DNA of 62,749 nucleotides, filler included, from Basidiobolus ranarum (Eukaryota): NCBI GenBank assembly GCA_040143965.1. It is 18 parts of 18 records of this genome, joined end to end, with 100 filler letters (N's around TTAATTAATTAA, not from the genome) between each part and the next. Parts side by side here need not be neighbours in the genome. Positions count along the whole stretch, not along the records: positions 10,504 to 13,902 come from JASJQH010009388.1; positions 14,003 to 17,398 come from JASJQH010009389.1; positions 17,499 to 20,892 come from JASJQH010009390.1; positions 20,993 to 24,385 come from JASJQH010009391.1; positions 24,486 to 27,878 come from JASJQH010009392.1; positions 27,979 to 31,369 come from JASJQH010009393.1; 12 more parts are not named here. One strand, 5' to 3'. Shown piece by piece: positions 11,391 to 28,149 of this stretch (position 1 is its first letter; each line of letters starts with the position of its first letter). The notes under the pieces were generated by a model. It saw only the letters and a program-made list of their open reading frames with translations, ran no database searches and was not told where the DNA came from. The position numbers and the translations under genes were made by a program.

Positions 11391-13309
11391 AACCACCTCT
11401 AAAAATTATAGCAGTCAAAAGCTCAATCGCTGGTATTGAGTGGAAGCCATAATATGTTCCACAACTCATGCCATTTGTAGCTAATATTCATACCCTTGTG
11501 TCACATACGTTTTCCTTTTTGAAGTACATCTTTACTCAAGAACCACAATTCTGAGTTTCTTTTGGCGGATTTCATTGATGTTGACTTTTTTAAAGAAGTC
11601 TTTTTGTCACTCCTCAACAACTACAAGCCAAGCAAACAGAAAGCTTCAAAAAAATCAAGAGCCTACAGAGATCTAATACTCAAATATCGGAATGAGTACT
11701 TTCAGTGCTGCACTTACAAACTAGTCAACATGAAGTATGCTCATCAGATAGCTTCTTATGAAGTGGCAAAAATTGTCACTGCTGATCGGAACGGGTTCAA
11801 CCTTCAATTCGGAGACAATGTTAGAATGTTTTTTAACTTGCTCTTGCTCTTGAAGAAGAACAAAAGAATCAAGGCGCTGGAAAGCAAAATGAAGAAGAAT
11901 GGGGAAAGCGAGAAAAGGATTAGGGCAGCCATAAAGACAATAACAGAGCAAATAAAGAAGGTCAAGCTGGCTATTTCGTCAAGAAATATTGAAGATATAC
12001 CTAAAGAATTTCTAACTTCAAACCATTTGGATAGGATCCGTAGTCTTTTTGGCTTGTATTCGACAGATTATCGATTTGCAAAAGACTCAATCTATTACAA
12101 CTGCAAAGGCAACCCTCTCAAGCATATAAAGGCGTACTCCAGACTGTCAAGCATGTGCGAAGCCCTCCAAAACAAGCCGTTCAACTGCTTTTCGTTAAGA
12201 AGGGGCTTCATACCATCCTACATGACAATTGATACATACATTTTAAATACTCAAATCTTGGAGAATTCTATCACCAGCCACTTGAATAAAGAAGCAGTAT
12301 GGGGAACCGTTATTGACCTCACATCAAAGGCAATGAAACCATAAGGAAAAAGCTAGCCAATGAAGTTTAGAAGTATGATGTACACAGATGGTGTAGGTGT
12401 GTCGGTGTTAAAGCAAAACCACGATACGAAGAAGAAGGGTGGCAGTGGCGCAAAATCAAAGTCACTTGCTTCAAAAGAGGAGTTCAGTATGTGGAGAAGT
12501 TGGGAAGAGAAGAGTTGAAGGTCGGTGTTGGCAAATGTGTGCTAATTGATCCTGGACGTGGCGATTTGCTGTACTGTATGCACGAAGAAAGCTGAAAACA
12601 AAATGGTTTACCGATATACAAGCAACCAAAAAGCGTTTGAAACAAAGTACAGAAAATTCAGGAAGCTCAGAAAGAACTTGAAGACAGACCAAGTCATCAC
12701 AGCTGAGCGATCCCTATTCCATTTGAAATCTTCAACTGCCAACAAAGACAAGTTTGCCAAGTATCTTCAAGGAAAAGCCAAAGTCACTCCAGTCTTGAGA
12801 GCATATTACTCAAATGAAGATTACCCTGCAGGAAAAGACCGGCGTACCAGCAGTTTGTTACCTTTTAGAAAAATGAAGCTCTCAAGTTTCATTAACCAGC
12901 TACAATCAGACAAACAGCTTGCCAAGAATTTTTGAGAGAAGTTTGGGAATGATACTATATTAGTACTTGGTAACTGGTCGATTGGAAATGTAAAGTATCA
13001 ACAGCCCAATAGAGGCGTTGGAATGAGAAAAATGTTAGCCAAAGAAGGCTTCCAGCTATACCTCCCTGACGAGTTTAAAATTTCAAGTATGTGCCCTACT
13101 TGCCAGAACGGTGAACTGGAAAAGTTTCAAAAGTCGTGACCAATACTACTGAGGTAACTACTGAAGATTCACTCCTTCGTCTTTGGAATCGTGACCTGAC
13201 TGCTACTTTGAACTTTAGACATATCCTTTTTAACTTGCGCTCAAATGGGGAAAGATCAGAACGTTTTTGTAGATTGAAGGAACCTCTCTCTACCGGGTAT
13301 AAAAGCTAG
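11391..13309 (+). pseudogene. Fanzor1 (eukaryotic TnpB/Cas12-related RuvC nuclease), near full length, disrupted by stops and frameshifts
   Basis: YTDGVGVSV, RuvC-I LIDPG (12548-12556), FRKMKLS...FG..ILVLGNWS, RuvC-II DEF (13068-13076), CPTC (13092-13103), RuvC-III WNRD..A..N (13184-13213) and C-terminal GERSERFCR. Confidence 0.88.
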
Positions 13310-13359
13310 CAGCAGTCGACCAACTTAAAAAGCATACAATCCTGTGTGGTTATCGCTAC

Positions 13360-13779
13360 AGCTGGAAGAATATTGATTCAGCAACATTAATCCCATGGTG
13401 GGCTTGAATGGAGATTTTGTAGCAAACTTGTGTTTGATATGAGCTAAACCTTGGGTATGAAGAACTCTATAAAAGTATTCAGGAGGATATATCAAAGAGA
13501 CTACAGAATTCAAAGGTGACAAATTAGCATTTAAGTGGTAATTGTGTAAAATTTCAGTTATGTTTTTTGCACATGTGTTGATCCATAGTTCTCCAAGATT
13601 GTTGGCAATCATTGCAACTATTTTGCAAGATCTTAAAATTTCACTCCTGAAACCGCAAAAATTGATTAAAATCAAATCTAACTTGATGATTTTGTGATTG
13701 TAAGTAAATGGTCAATCCCAAATGGATTAAAATTATGATGGTTTTCCTACAATAACAATCCTTGAATTTCTGTTAGGGC
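13360..13779 (-). mobile_element. CACTA-family left terminus fragment
   Basis: Reverse complement matches 30713-31135. Terminus reads GCCCTAACAGAAATT. Confidence 0.75.
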
Positions 13780-13902
13780 ATGGTTGAAACATGGCCAGAT
13801 ATAGCATATTCTGTGGGAGTTATGTGCAAATATCTTCAAAATTAAGGATCTGATCAAATCATATCAGTTAAGTGTATTTTCAGATATTTGAAAGGTGTTG
13901 TT
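13780..13902 (+). pseudogene. Copia RT fragment
   Basis: TWPDIAYSVGVMCKY...VKCIFRYLKG, similar to TQPDISFAVGVVSQH...VKWIFRYLKG at 34961-35455. Confidence 0.75.
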
Positions 13903-14507
13903 NNNNNNNNNNNNNNNNNNNNNNNNNNNNNNNNNNNNNNNNNNNNTTAATTAATTAANNNNNNNNNNNNNNNNNNNNNNNNNNNNNNNNNNNNNNNNNN
14001 NNCCCGACTTCGTTGAAGTCGTGAAAGTGGGGTATTGGTAGTAGTTTTCAATCAGCAATAACCCAACCTCAGTTGAAACTTCACAGGTGTGGGTATACCA
14101 ATGCACAAGGATAGAGAATTGTGATGCAATGCTTTGGATTATATATACAATTTTTGCATTTGGGATAGTCTATATTTTGCCGGAATTTTCAGAAATATTC
14201 TTAAAATAACTGATCAGTATTCATGCTACTCAATATTTAATAGCTGACGTTGCGGACTATCGCTATTGATCAGGTAAGGCCTTATCAAATTCCATCACTC
14301 GCCCCTTCTTTTCGTTCTCACTAATTTCCACTTTAACATATTCATCCAAAAATATTTATTTATAGATGGTTTATTCTATCATGTTTAACTTGAGTTCTAA
14401 ATAGTTGCCTATCTATTTGTGCAATGTTTATAATAAGTGTACAAAGTGAGGTAATTCAATTCAATATAATAAATAGCGGACTGGAAAGAAAGTAGTAATT
14501 CGGCGTT

Positions 14508-17340
<2,833 letters not shown>

Positions 17341-17498
17341 GCAAAAAATGTAAGGAATGGTTAATTATTTATCTTAATAACTAGTCATCAACAACTATNN
17401 NNNNNNNNNNNNNNNNNNNNNNNNNNNNNNNNNNNNNNNNNNTTAATTAATTAANNNNNNNNNNNNNNNNNNNNNNNNNNNNNNNNNNNNNNNNNNNN

Positions 17499-18178
17499 AG
17501 AATAACTTTGGATACTCCAAAACAATAATAAAACAACAAGACCAGGTCATAAACAAGAACATAAATACAAGGCCCGATAAAGATTATTAAGCAAATGAAT
17601 TCAGTAGCCCTCCACCTTGAACTCCCAGCCCATTTCAAAGTCCACAATGTATTCCATGTGTCTCTCTTAGAGTCACATGCCAGAAACACCTGCCAGGGCC
17701 AATCCACTGACCCATCCCCAACAATCCAAGTGGAAGAAAACCCTGAATATGAAGTTAGCAAAATTCTAGATTCCAGTATTTAACACATATATTGTAATAT
17801 TTAGTGGACTTGAAGGGACACTCAACAAATGATTAATCATGGGAGCCAGCAACAAATCTTTCCAATTCCAAGGAACTTGGAAGGTCACCTGATCATCCTT
17901 ACATCATCCCCCTTTGTATTAGTCCTGGTAGTCCCCAACAATCCAACACTTGAACTTGCCACAGTATATGCCCTATTCAGTATATTATGTTTCACCATGC
18001 AATATCTATATAAGCCCCATGTATTCCTTGATCAGACCTCAGTCTGATCAATGCCAGTTATCAATAAAGATTCTTGCCAAAGTATCTTGTCTGGTCTTGT
18101 GATCTACACTCAAGTACTCTCCTGCATTCTAGCCTCTTGTCATTGTTTCCAGTCCTTGTCCAGTTCCTTATTGTGACA
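17499..18178 (+). mobile_element. Ty3/Gypsy 3' end (integrase C-terminus and chromodomain) with 3' LTR
   Basis: LELPAHFKVHNVFHVSLLE and YEVSKILDS...SWEP motifs. LTR part 18060-18178 ends TGTGACA and recurs at 28571-28709. Confidence 0.85.
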
Positions 18179-20892
18179 CCATTGGGAACTCCCAAAATGT
18201 ATAGAAAGGGCCTATAATCTCTAAGCTTTGTGAAAGATGAAGTGGGGAATGTATTCAACACCAGCACAGATTCAGTCTATATTATTAAACCCAAAATAAT
18301 GTTTTTCATATTCAATTACAAAGTCTTTGTTCAGTCACTATATCTGCCTGAGATCTGCCAATGTGAGTTGATGCCACAAGAATATATTAACAATATTCAC
18401 AAACAGTGCCCAATATTGGAAATACTTAACAGGCAGTAATCTCTTCAAGATTCCACTTGAATATACACAAATCCATCACTTCTAGTCTTTGCATTTAAGT
18501 AAATGCCTTTAAGAGTGGATATTGAAGAGAGTCCTGGTAAAATATAATGGTTTCTGGATGTTTTCAAGCATTTTCCTGATCAATTCAAGCTTTAATCCTA
18601 TCTCAAATGGCTCATTAATACTGAATTTTTCACTATTTAGCTGAGCAAGTAGTATTGGAATGTTGCTGAATGGTAAGTGCATAGTGCCTAATGGGAAGCT
18701 CTGGCTCCAGCTGATCTCCTTCAGCAATGTAATCTTAGGTTAACAGCTACTACCAAGTTTGTTGTTAGACAGATTATTTGGTGAATTGATATCAGTGATC
18801 AAGTTGCAATCTGACCATGCTCCTGATGGTCAAATCATGGAGCTTAGCATTGTATTTGGTTGGTATCAACACATTTGCCTGATAGAGTAAACTCCATTGA
18901 TTTGAAAAAATCTACCGCAAGATAGTGCATTGTGCCCAACAAAACTTCCAAGTTTACTGATGGCAGAAGTGTCACCTGTACATACAATGATATCAGCTTT
19001 AATAAAGTATTCACTCATCTGAACCCCATTAGATAACCATTCAAATTCTAAAATCAAAGGCTCCCAGAAGCTATCTATAAGCACTGGTGATTTAGGTCTG
19101 GATATGATAGATAGTGGTAAAATACTATCATTCTTATATAGATCATGAGGGGAAAATTTAGGTTAGTTAAAATTATTGGTCAGCAAGCCTTTCCATGTTA
19201 TATTTACTTAGTGAGAAACCATCCAGAGCCAATGCAAATGCATGATCATACATGTACAGAAAGAAACCTGGACTTTTGAGATTCTGGTACTGATCTCCAT
19301 CAAGTATATAGGTAATACCATCAGTTTTATGGTAAGTACTTTGCTGCTGGATCAATGATCTATATTTGGGTGATTTCATCAAAAGATTAAGATGGGGAAT
19401 CAACAGTGTGTAAGCCAAACTCAAACAATATATACCTGATTCAGTGATTGCCAATTTTGGGCAAACAGTAGATGACTTCAGGTTTTTCAGATCACCAGTG
19501 AAAGCTAAACAACCACTTAGACATGAAGGTAGTTTAATTACTGAACAATTATAAGTCATACAATTGACAAGTGTTTTCCACTTGTGCCAGGTCTGTGGCA
19601 AGCAATAGTTGCCAATCAACTGTGGTAAAATTGTAAGAACACCAATAAACACCCAGTTGTTAAGATTGGATCAAACCCTCCACTCCTCAATAATTGAAGT
19701 TGCTTCCTTTGCTGTAAGTGTTATGAGTGAACTAATGCTTGCCAATAACAAAGAGTCCATAACAAAACTGTTGCCTTCTTCTTCAACTTCTCATATACTA
19801 CCATCAGTACTGAAATAACCAAGGTCAATGTCTAGCAGCATGTTCACACAGCTGACAGGACATACTGGATCCACCAAAGTTGTATTTCTACATATATCAT
19901 TCTGGTCATATAACTGTGGTAACTCCATGGCATCTTGACTTTTGGCAGTGTTACCAACACTTTAAGGTAAAGCACAGCCAGTGGACTCTGTTGACAAAAT
20001 TAAAATTGATTTTACACACTTCTTAATGTTGATATTTTCCTGGCTTTGTGCTGCTGGTGGTTTTGAGCAGTAACCATGCTAATGATTATTTTTCTATGAA
20101 GCCTCCTGCTTTCATAGCACAAGAATTTGTGACAATTATAGCAGGGCTTCTTTATATGTTTTGTTGCAGCATGAGAAGGATATTGTACAAAAAAGAACAC
20201 ATCCTACATTTAGGGTGGTATTTCAGTTAAAGCCCATTGATATCATCAGCTGATTCTGAGACAGTGTCACAGATGAGTCATCAGGGAATTTGCAAGATAT
20301 TTCCAGTGATGGATGGCAGTTTTGGTTTATTACAAGCTATTTCTAAGCAATTTCACTACACCAAGTTTACCATCTGTAAATTTTGATGCCAATCAAAAAG
20401 CATTCAAAATGAACACCAAAATTGGCTTCCACACAAAAGCCTGCTGGCATGAAAGGAAAAAAACCGGCAACAATAGAGGACTTCATTGATGAGTAGTCTA
20501 GCAATCCACTATCTGCTTTGGAAGGCATTAACATGCCTGACACAAAGTCAAGCAATGATTAAGCATTGATCAATTTACCATATGTGTTCCTTTGTAGCAA
20601 TAGTGCAAGTGAAGAGATTGTAATCTCCCAATTACATAGTAAATCAATAGTCAAGCCAAGATTAACAGAAACACCATCAAGACTATCAACTTCCAAAATG
20701 GCTACTTTGCCAACTATTGAACAACCCTCTATAGAGAATTTTGATAGAATTATCACAACAGGGGAATTGCAGGCAGAACATCATAATGATTTGTGTGCAA
20801 TCATAAGTAAAAACTACAAAGCTGGTTTACAGGACATGACAAGCAATAATGCCATAATATTGCAATTAATGCAGCATTCTGAAGCCACTAGT
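18179..20892 (-). mobile_element. Degenerate CACTA transposase (-) plus divergent second ORF (+, ~20386-20892)
   Basis: AFALALDGF, TGDTSAISKLG..GHNAL..CGRF and FPLGTMH motifs. The plus-strand ORF is homologous to 9288-9455 and 22710-23000. Confidence 0.85.
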
Positions 20893-20992
20893 NNNNNNNN
20901 NNNNNNNNNNNNNNNNNNNNNNNNNNNNNNNNNNNNTTAATTAATTAANNNNNNNNNNNNNNNNNNNNNNNNNNNNNNNNNNNNNNNNNNNN

Positions 20993-23900
20993 AAGAAGAC
21001 AATGGTTTTATTAAAGACTCTTTGTTATCATCAAACTTTAGTGCACTCATAACAATTACTGTAAAGGAAGCAGCTTTGATTACTGAAGAGTGGAGAGTTC
21101 AATCCAATCTTAGCAACCAGGTGTTTATTGGTTTTCTTACACTTTTACCACAGTTGATTGGCAACTGCTGCTTACCACAGGCCTGATACAAGTGGAAAGC
21201 ACTCATCAATTGTATGACTTATAATCCTTTGGTAATTAAACTACCTTCATGTCCTAATGGTTGTTGAGCTCTCACCATTGATCTGAAAAACCTGAAGTCA
21301 AGTATGTTGAAATTAAGTAAATAGCAACTCATTGTTTAGTAGTTAGTTTATTCATATTTTGATTATTTAGTACTTAATTCTGTCATTCAAAATGTGTGTT
21401 TATTGCTCTAATTGATAGAAATATCAATTAGATCACTTTTACCAATTTTCACTATTTTCTTAAAACTTCTCCAAATCATCTCACATTTTCACCCATGCTG
21501 AACAGGCATGTTTGTTATGATCTGAGCATGTCCAATAGTCCTATTTCATAGTAAACTATAAATAGCACATATTCAATTCAATAAAACTTAAGTGTCTAAT
21601 TCACATATCCAAATCTTGTCCAAAACACTTCCAAATCTCCCAAACACTTTTATCAAAGTATGGCTTGCACACAATTGGAAATCACTGAATCAGGTAAATA
21701 TGGTTCATATTTGGCTTACATACCATTGATTCCCTGTCTTGAAGTTTTGATGAAATTACCCAAATATAGATCATTGATCCAACACCAGAGTACTCACCAT
21801 AAAGCTGATGGTATTACTGATATACTTGATGGATATCACTACCAGAATCTGAAAAGTCAAGGTTTCTTTGAGAACACATATGATCATGCATTTGTATTGG
21901 ATCTGAATGGTTTCTTGTTAAGCACATATTCCATTGGAAAGGCTTGCCTGTCAATAATTTTAATTAAATCAAATCTTCCTCCTTCTGAGTGGTATAAGAG
22001 TTGGAATATTTTGATACTATCCTAAATAACCAGTTCTTATAGTTTGGCTGTTGGAGCCTTTGATTGCGGAATTTGAATGGTTATCTAATGGGGTTCAGAT
22101 GGGTGAATACTATATTAAAGCTCATATCATTGTGTGTATTGGTGACACTCCTGCCATCAGTAAACTTGGAGGTTTTTGCAGGCACAATGCACTATTTTGC
22201 TATAGATTTTGTCAAATCAATGGAGTTTACTCCAACAGGCATACTCATGACTACTATCCAATTACACCATTAAACTTCATGATTTTACCATCAAGAGCCC
22301 GGTCTGATTTCAATATGATCACTGAAATCAATTTACCAAATAGTCAGTCTAACATCAAACTTGGTATTTGCCATAAGCCTAAGATTATATTGTCAAAGGG
22401 GATCAGCTAGAGCCAGAGCATCCCATTAAGCACTATGCATTTACTATTCAACAACATTCCAACATTACTTACTCAGGTATATAGTAGAAAAGTCAATATG
22501 AATGAACCATTTGAGATAGGATCAAAGTTTGAACTTATTGGCAAAATGATTGAAATGTCAAGATACCATCATATTTTACCAGGACTCCCATCAATATCCA
22601 CTCATCTAGGCATTTGTTCCAATGCAAAGACTGAAGGTGTTGGATTTGTTCATATTCAAGTGGAATTTAGATAAGATTTCTGCCTGAAAAGTATTGACAA
22701 CATTGGGAGTATTGGTTGAACTTTGCATGACTATTGATTTAATACTTAATTGGGGTATTACAATATCTTCACTTGCACTATTGCTTGGAAGGAACACATC
22801 TGGTATATTGATTGATGCTTCATCATTACCTGAGTTTGTTCCTGGCATGTTAATACCTTCCAAAGCAAAGAATCAATTGCTTGACTGCTCATCAATTAAG
22901 CTCTCTGTTCCTACTGGTTTTTTCCTTTTGTGCCAGCAGGCTTTGGCTTGGGCACTAATTTTGATATAGACTTTGAGTGCTTTATGTATAGTGTTGGCAT
23001 TATCAGATGGTAAACTTGATGCAATAAAATTATGTAGAAACAGCTCAAAATAAACCAAAATTGCATCTATTATTGAGAATATATTGTAAAACCCTTGATG
23101 ACTCATCCATGATACCATCTCCAAATCAGCTGGTGGTATTGATGGGATATACCCAAGATATCACCCTTATGGAATGGGTGTCCTTTTTCCACAATATTTC
23201 ACTCATGCCACAGCATATATGTTTCAAGAAGCCTTGCTATTATTGTCTTAAAGTCTTGCACTATGAAAACCAAATGCGTCAGAGAAAAAATAATAACAAG
23301 CATGGTCATTGTAAAAAACCACCTGCTGCACAAAGCCTGGTGAATATATATAGTGATGAGTGCATAAGATCAACTTTAGTTATACCTCACTGAGTTCACT
23401 GGTAGTGCTTTACCTCCACATTTTGGTAACATTGCTGCAATTCAAGTTACTATGGAGTTGCTATAGTTAAACAACCAGAATGATGTAGGTTGAAAAGTAA
23501 CTTTGGTCAAACCAATAAGTCCAGACCCTTTGAGGACTTGCTGCTAGATGGTGACCTTGGTTTTTCCAGTACAAATGGCAGTATATCAGAAGTTAAAGAA
23601 GACAATGGCTTTGTTATGGACTCTTTGTTATTGGCAAACATTAGTCCACTCATAACACTTCCAGTAAAGGAAGCAGCTCTGATTATTGCAGTGACCATAT
23701 TTATATGACTAGAATGATGTGGATAGAAATGCAACTTTGGTCAAACAAGTAAATCCAGGCAGCTTTGAGTATATACAGCTAGATGTTGACCTTGGTTACT
23801 GCAGTACCAATGGTAGTACATATGTAGATGAAAAAGAATATGACAGTTTTGTACTAAACTTTTTGTTATTGGCTTGCATTATTCCATTTGTAACAGTTAC

Positions 23901-24385
23901 AGTAAAGGAAGCAGCTATGAATATTGAGTATTGGAGAGTTTAATTGAATCTTAAGCGCCAGGTGTTTATCAATTTTCCTACACTTTTACCACAGTTGATT
24001 GCCAACTTTTGCTTGCCACAGACCTGCTACAAGTGCAAAACATTTGTCAATAGTATGACTTATAATCCTTCATTAATTAAGATATTTTCATGTCCCAATA
24101 ATTGTTTGCCTCTTAAAAGTGATCTGAAAAACTGATGTGATGCAATGTTGGCACACAATTGGCAATGACAGTATCAGGTGAATATTGTACATATTTTGCA
24201 CATATATCATTGATTCCCCATCTTAACGTTTTGATAATATCACCCAAATATAGATCATAGATCTATTATCAAAGTACTCTCTTTAAAGCTGATGGGATTA
24301 GCAATATACTTGCTGGTTTTCACTACCAGAACGTGAAAAGTCAAGGTTTCTTTGACAACATATATGATAATGCATTTGCTTTGAT
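20993..24385 (+). mobile_element. Two rearranged degenerate CACTA copies (junction near 22705)
   Basis: IGDTPAISKLGGFCRHNALFCYRFC, followed by a restart at second-ORF and transposase 5' sequence. Confidence 0.8.
21305..21655 (+). mobile_element. Solo LTR (family C) with perfect 5-bp TSD
   Basis: TGTTG...TATCA flanked by AAGTA on both sides (21300-21304, 21656-21660). Homolog at ~45830-46181. Confidence 0.92.
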
Positions 24386-24485
24386 NNNNNNNNNNNNNNN
24401 NNNNNNNNNNNNNNNNNNNNNNNNNNNNNTTAATTAATTAANNNNNNNNNNNNNNNNNNNNNNNNNNNNNNNNNNNNNNNNNNNN

Positions 24486-25747
24486 AGTACAAGATTTGTA
24501 TATAATCAAGTGGAATCATGGCAAGATTTCTGCCTGATAAGTATTGGCAACATTGGGAGTTGTTTGTTGATAATGTTAATATATTTTTATGGCATCAACT
24601 CCCATTGCCAGATCTCAGGCAGATATAGCAACTGTGCAAAGATGTTGTAATTGGATATGAAAAACTTTATTACAGGTTTGAAGAATATAGACTGAATATA
24701 CACCAGTATTCAATACATTCCCTGCTACATCTTTCACATTGCTTAGATATTATAGGCCCTTGCTATACACTGTGGGAGTTCTCAATGGAGTGCACCTGTG
24801 GTAAAATGCTGCTCTGTGTGAAATTGTCAGTATTACCATATGCTAGTCTGATTAACCATGTATCAGCAAAATCAGTGATGGATGCAATGGGTTAAGGAGA
24901 CTCCAGAGTATATTGATCTTCCAACAAAGGTTTCTTTTCAATGTGCTCATGGGTTTTTGCATTATTTGAGCACAATAACAGCAACAAAGCCCAATCAATA
25001 TACAAAGAGTACATACCTCTATAATTCAGACTAATTTGTGTATGTGATAATCTGATGGTATTTCTAGGAAAGCTGCAAGACAGACTTCTTGGTCAGATAG
25101 ATCAAAATACTCAAAATTGTTATTTTAGCCATGGGCTATTCTATTTGTGATGGGACATTTGTGGACTGCAAGTTGGGAATATTTTGTAGAAATGTTTTAC
25201 ATAAATTTGCCAAAATCCAAGAGTTTATTATCATTGTAAATGGTAACAAAAGTCAGCTATTTGCCAAGTGTCAGTGCTATTCCAAATTTCAGATGTTTAG
25301 TAATTTTCCACCATTAGTGTGCCAGCAAAGCATATCTATGATGTTGAGTTATGTATGATCAGTTGACTATGTACATATGTAGCAACTAAACACAATAGGA
25401 TTCTTGTATTCTTTGATTCTCATTATGGCTGCAATACAAAGCCTAAAATATCTAAACAAAGGCATGCATATTAACTCAAACTCCTACAGCAGTAAACCTA
25501 TTTATGTGCCATTTGAAAATTAGCTTTTTGCATAAGTTCCTAGAAATTGAATAATGCATGCCAAATATGAGGATCAAAGTTTTAACATATATGAATATCA
25601 TCAAAATTCTGTCAAGAAACTACCATCACACAATCAAAATACCTTGCAGAATACAAGCCACCAATATTCGGACAGTTCTCTGAAGGTTTTGTGATCCAGA
25701 ATGGTGGATCCAATCCAGATCAATTTGATTTTATCTTTGATAGGTTA
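24486..25747 (+). mobile_element. Degenerate CACTA 3' half and right terminus
   Basis: HSLLH and WEFSME motifs. The terminus is homologous to 6511-6560. Confidence 0.8.
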
Positions 25748-25749
25748 TC

Positions 25750-26200
25750 TATGGCTAATCCCAAAAAATATCAAGACCACCAGACCAGGTGATATACTTG
25801 ATCAAAAAAGACTAGGCCTTTTAAGATTATTAAGCATATCAGATCAGTGGCCTTCCACCTGGAACTCTCAGATCATTCCTAAGTTCACAATGAATTTCAT
25901 ATGACTCTCCTAGAGTCACATTTTAAAAACATCTTCTATGGCCAATCTATTGACCCACCCTCAGCAATCGAGGTATAAGAACATTGTGAATATGAAGTTA
26001 GCACAATTCTAATTTCCAGAATTTATTGACATCAATTAAAATATTTATTGGACTGGAAGGGATGCCCAACAAATGATCAATCATGGGAACCAGCAAATAT
26101 TTTTCCAACTCTAAAGAACTTTGCAGGAGTTTCAGGAAGCCTATCCTGAAAAAACTGGCCCTATGATGTCTGGAAGCTGGCTCTGAAAGGTTTCTCACCA
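25750..26200 (+). mobile_element. Gypsy integrase C-terminus/chromodomain fragment
   Basis: Homologous to 17540-17880 (YEVSTIL...YLLDWKG...QSWEP). Confidence 0.75.
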
Positions 26201-27878
26201 AACAAATATATTATTGGAAAGGCTTGCTGGCCTATACCTTTAATTAACTTGAATCTTCCTCCTTCTGAATGGAAACGAGTCATTAGATTGTGTTACTATA
26301 TATCATATCTGGACCTAAATCACCAGTGCCAATAGATATCTTCTTGGAGCCTTTGATTGTGGAATTTGAATGGTCATCTAATGGGGTTTGGATCTGTGTA
26401 TATTTTTTTAAAGTTAATATCATTGTATATATTGGTGACACTCCTGTCATCAGTAAACTTGGAGGTTTTTGTGGGCTCAATGCACTAGCTTGCTGTAGAT
26501 TTTGTCCAATCAACAGAGTTTACTCTAACAATCATATGCATTACTAATGTCAAAATACAACACTAAACACCATGATTTTACCTTAAAGAGCCCAGTCAGA
26601 TTACAATATGATCACTGTTATCAATTCACCAAATAGCCAGTCTAACAACAAACTTAGTAATAGCCATAAGCCTAAGATTATATTGCTAAAGGGGATCAGC
26701 TGGAACCATAGCTTTACATTGGGCACTATGCACTTGCTATTCACAACATTTCAATACTACTTACTCCGCTATATAGTGGAAAATTCAATATGAATAAGAA
26801 ATAAACGATTAGATCAAAGTTTGAATTGAATGGGAAAATGCTTGAAAACATCAAGATACCATTGTATTTTACCAGGACTGCCATCAATATCCACTCACCT
26901 AGGTCTTTATTCAAATGCAAACACTGGAAGTATTGGATTTATATATATTCAAGTGGAATCTTGAAAAGATTTCTACCTGATAAATATTGGCACAATTGGG
27001 AGTTGTTAATTGATATTGTTAATATATTCTTACAGTATGAACTCACATTGGCAGATCTCAGGCAGATACAGCAATTGTGCAAAGATTTTGTAATTGGTTA
27101 TGAAAAACTTTATTATAGGTTTAAAGAAGATAGCCTGAATCTATGCCAGTATTCAATACATTCATTGCTGCATCTTTATCAATGCTTAGAGAGTATATGC
27201 CCTAGCTATACATTCTGGGAGTTCCCAATGGAGTGCACTTGTGGTGAAACAATGCTCCATGTGGAATTGTCAGTATTGCTGTATGCTAATCTGATTAACA
27301 ATATATTAGCAAAATCAGTGATGGATGTAATGCAATAGGTAAAGGAGACTTCAGAGTATATTAACCTTCCAGCAAAGGGCTCTTTTCAATGTGCACACAG
27401 GTTTTGTATTGTTTGAGCACTATGATAGCAACAAAGCCCATGCCATGGACACAGAGTCAGTACCTCTATAATTTGGACTAATTTATTTGTGTGATTATCT
27501 GACAGTATTTCTAGGAAAGCTGCAACACAGACTTCTTGGTGAGATAGATTGTGATATGCAGCATTACTGTTTCAGCCATGGGGTAATCTATTCTAGTAAT
27601 GACACATCTACTTGTGGCAGGACATTTGTTGACTGCATGTTGGGGATATATTGGCTGAATTCTTTATGGAAATTTGCCAAATTTCAAGAGCTTATTGGTA
27701 TTGTGAGCAGTAACAAGAGTCAGCTATCTGCCAAGTGTCAGTGCTATTTAAAATTTCAGATGTTTAGCAACTTTTCCACCAATAGAATGCTAATAAAGCA
27801 TATTGATGTGATTGAGCTTTGTCTGGTCAGTCAAGTATGTGCATATGTAGAGACTAAACACAACAAAATTCTAGTATT
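26201..27878 (+). mobile_element. Degenerate CACTA transposase catalytic and C-terminal region
   Basis: CWP..NLNLPP, ISGPKSP, IGDTPVISKLGGF..CCRFC, HSLLH and FWEFPME: second D with C(2)C, H(3)H and E of CMC transposases. Confidence 0.88.
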
Positions 27879-28149
27879 NNNNNNNNNNNNNNNNNNNNNN
27901 NNNNNNNNNNNNNNNNNNNNNNTTAATTAATTAANNNNNNNNNNNNNNNNNNNNNNNNNNNNNNNNNNNNNNNNNNNNCTGATAAATCTGAAGTAATGGG
28001 GGATAATACTAATAGTGTGATATGATTGGCTAGAAAATATGGGTAAGTCTGATAAGGATAATAAAATGAAAACTGTGTAATAGTAATGATATGAGCTCGG
28101 AGTGGAAATAAGCCAACCTGCCAATGGGTAGCAATGCTACCCCACTACA

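Noticed and set aside
13360-13779. CACTA element as the carrier transposon of the Fanzor
   Set aside because: It is an inverted, internally broken left-end fragment followed by Copia debris. The second Fanzor copy shows no CACTA link, so this is more likely a later insertion or rearrangement.
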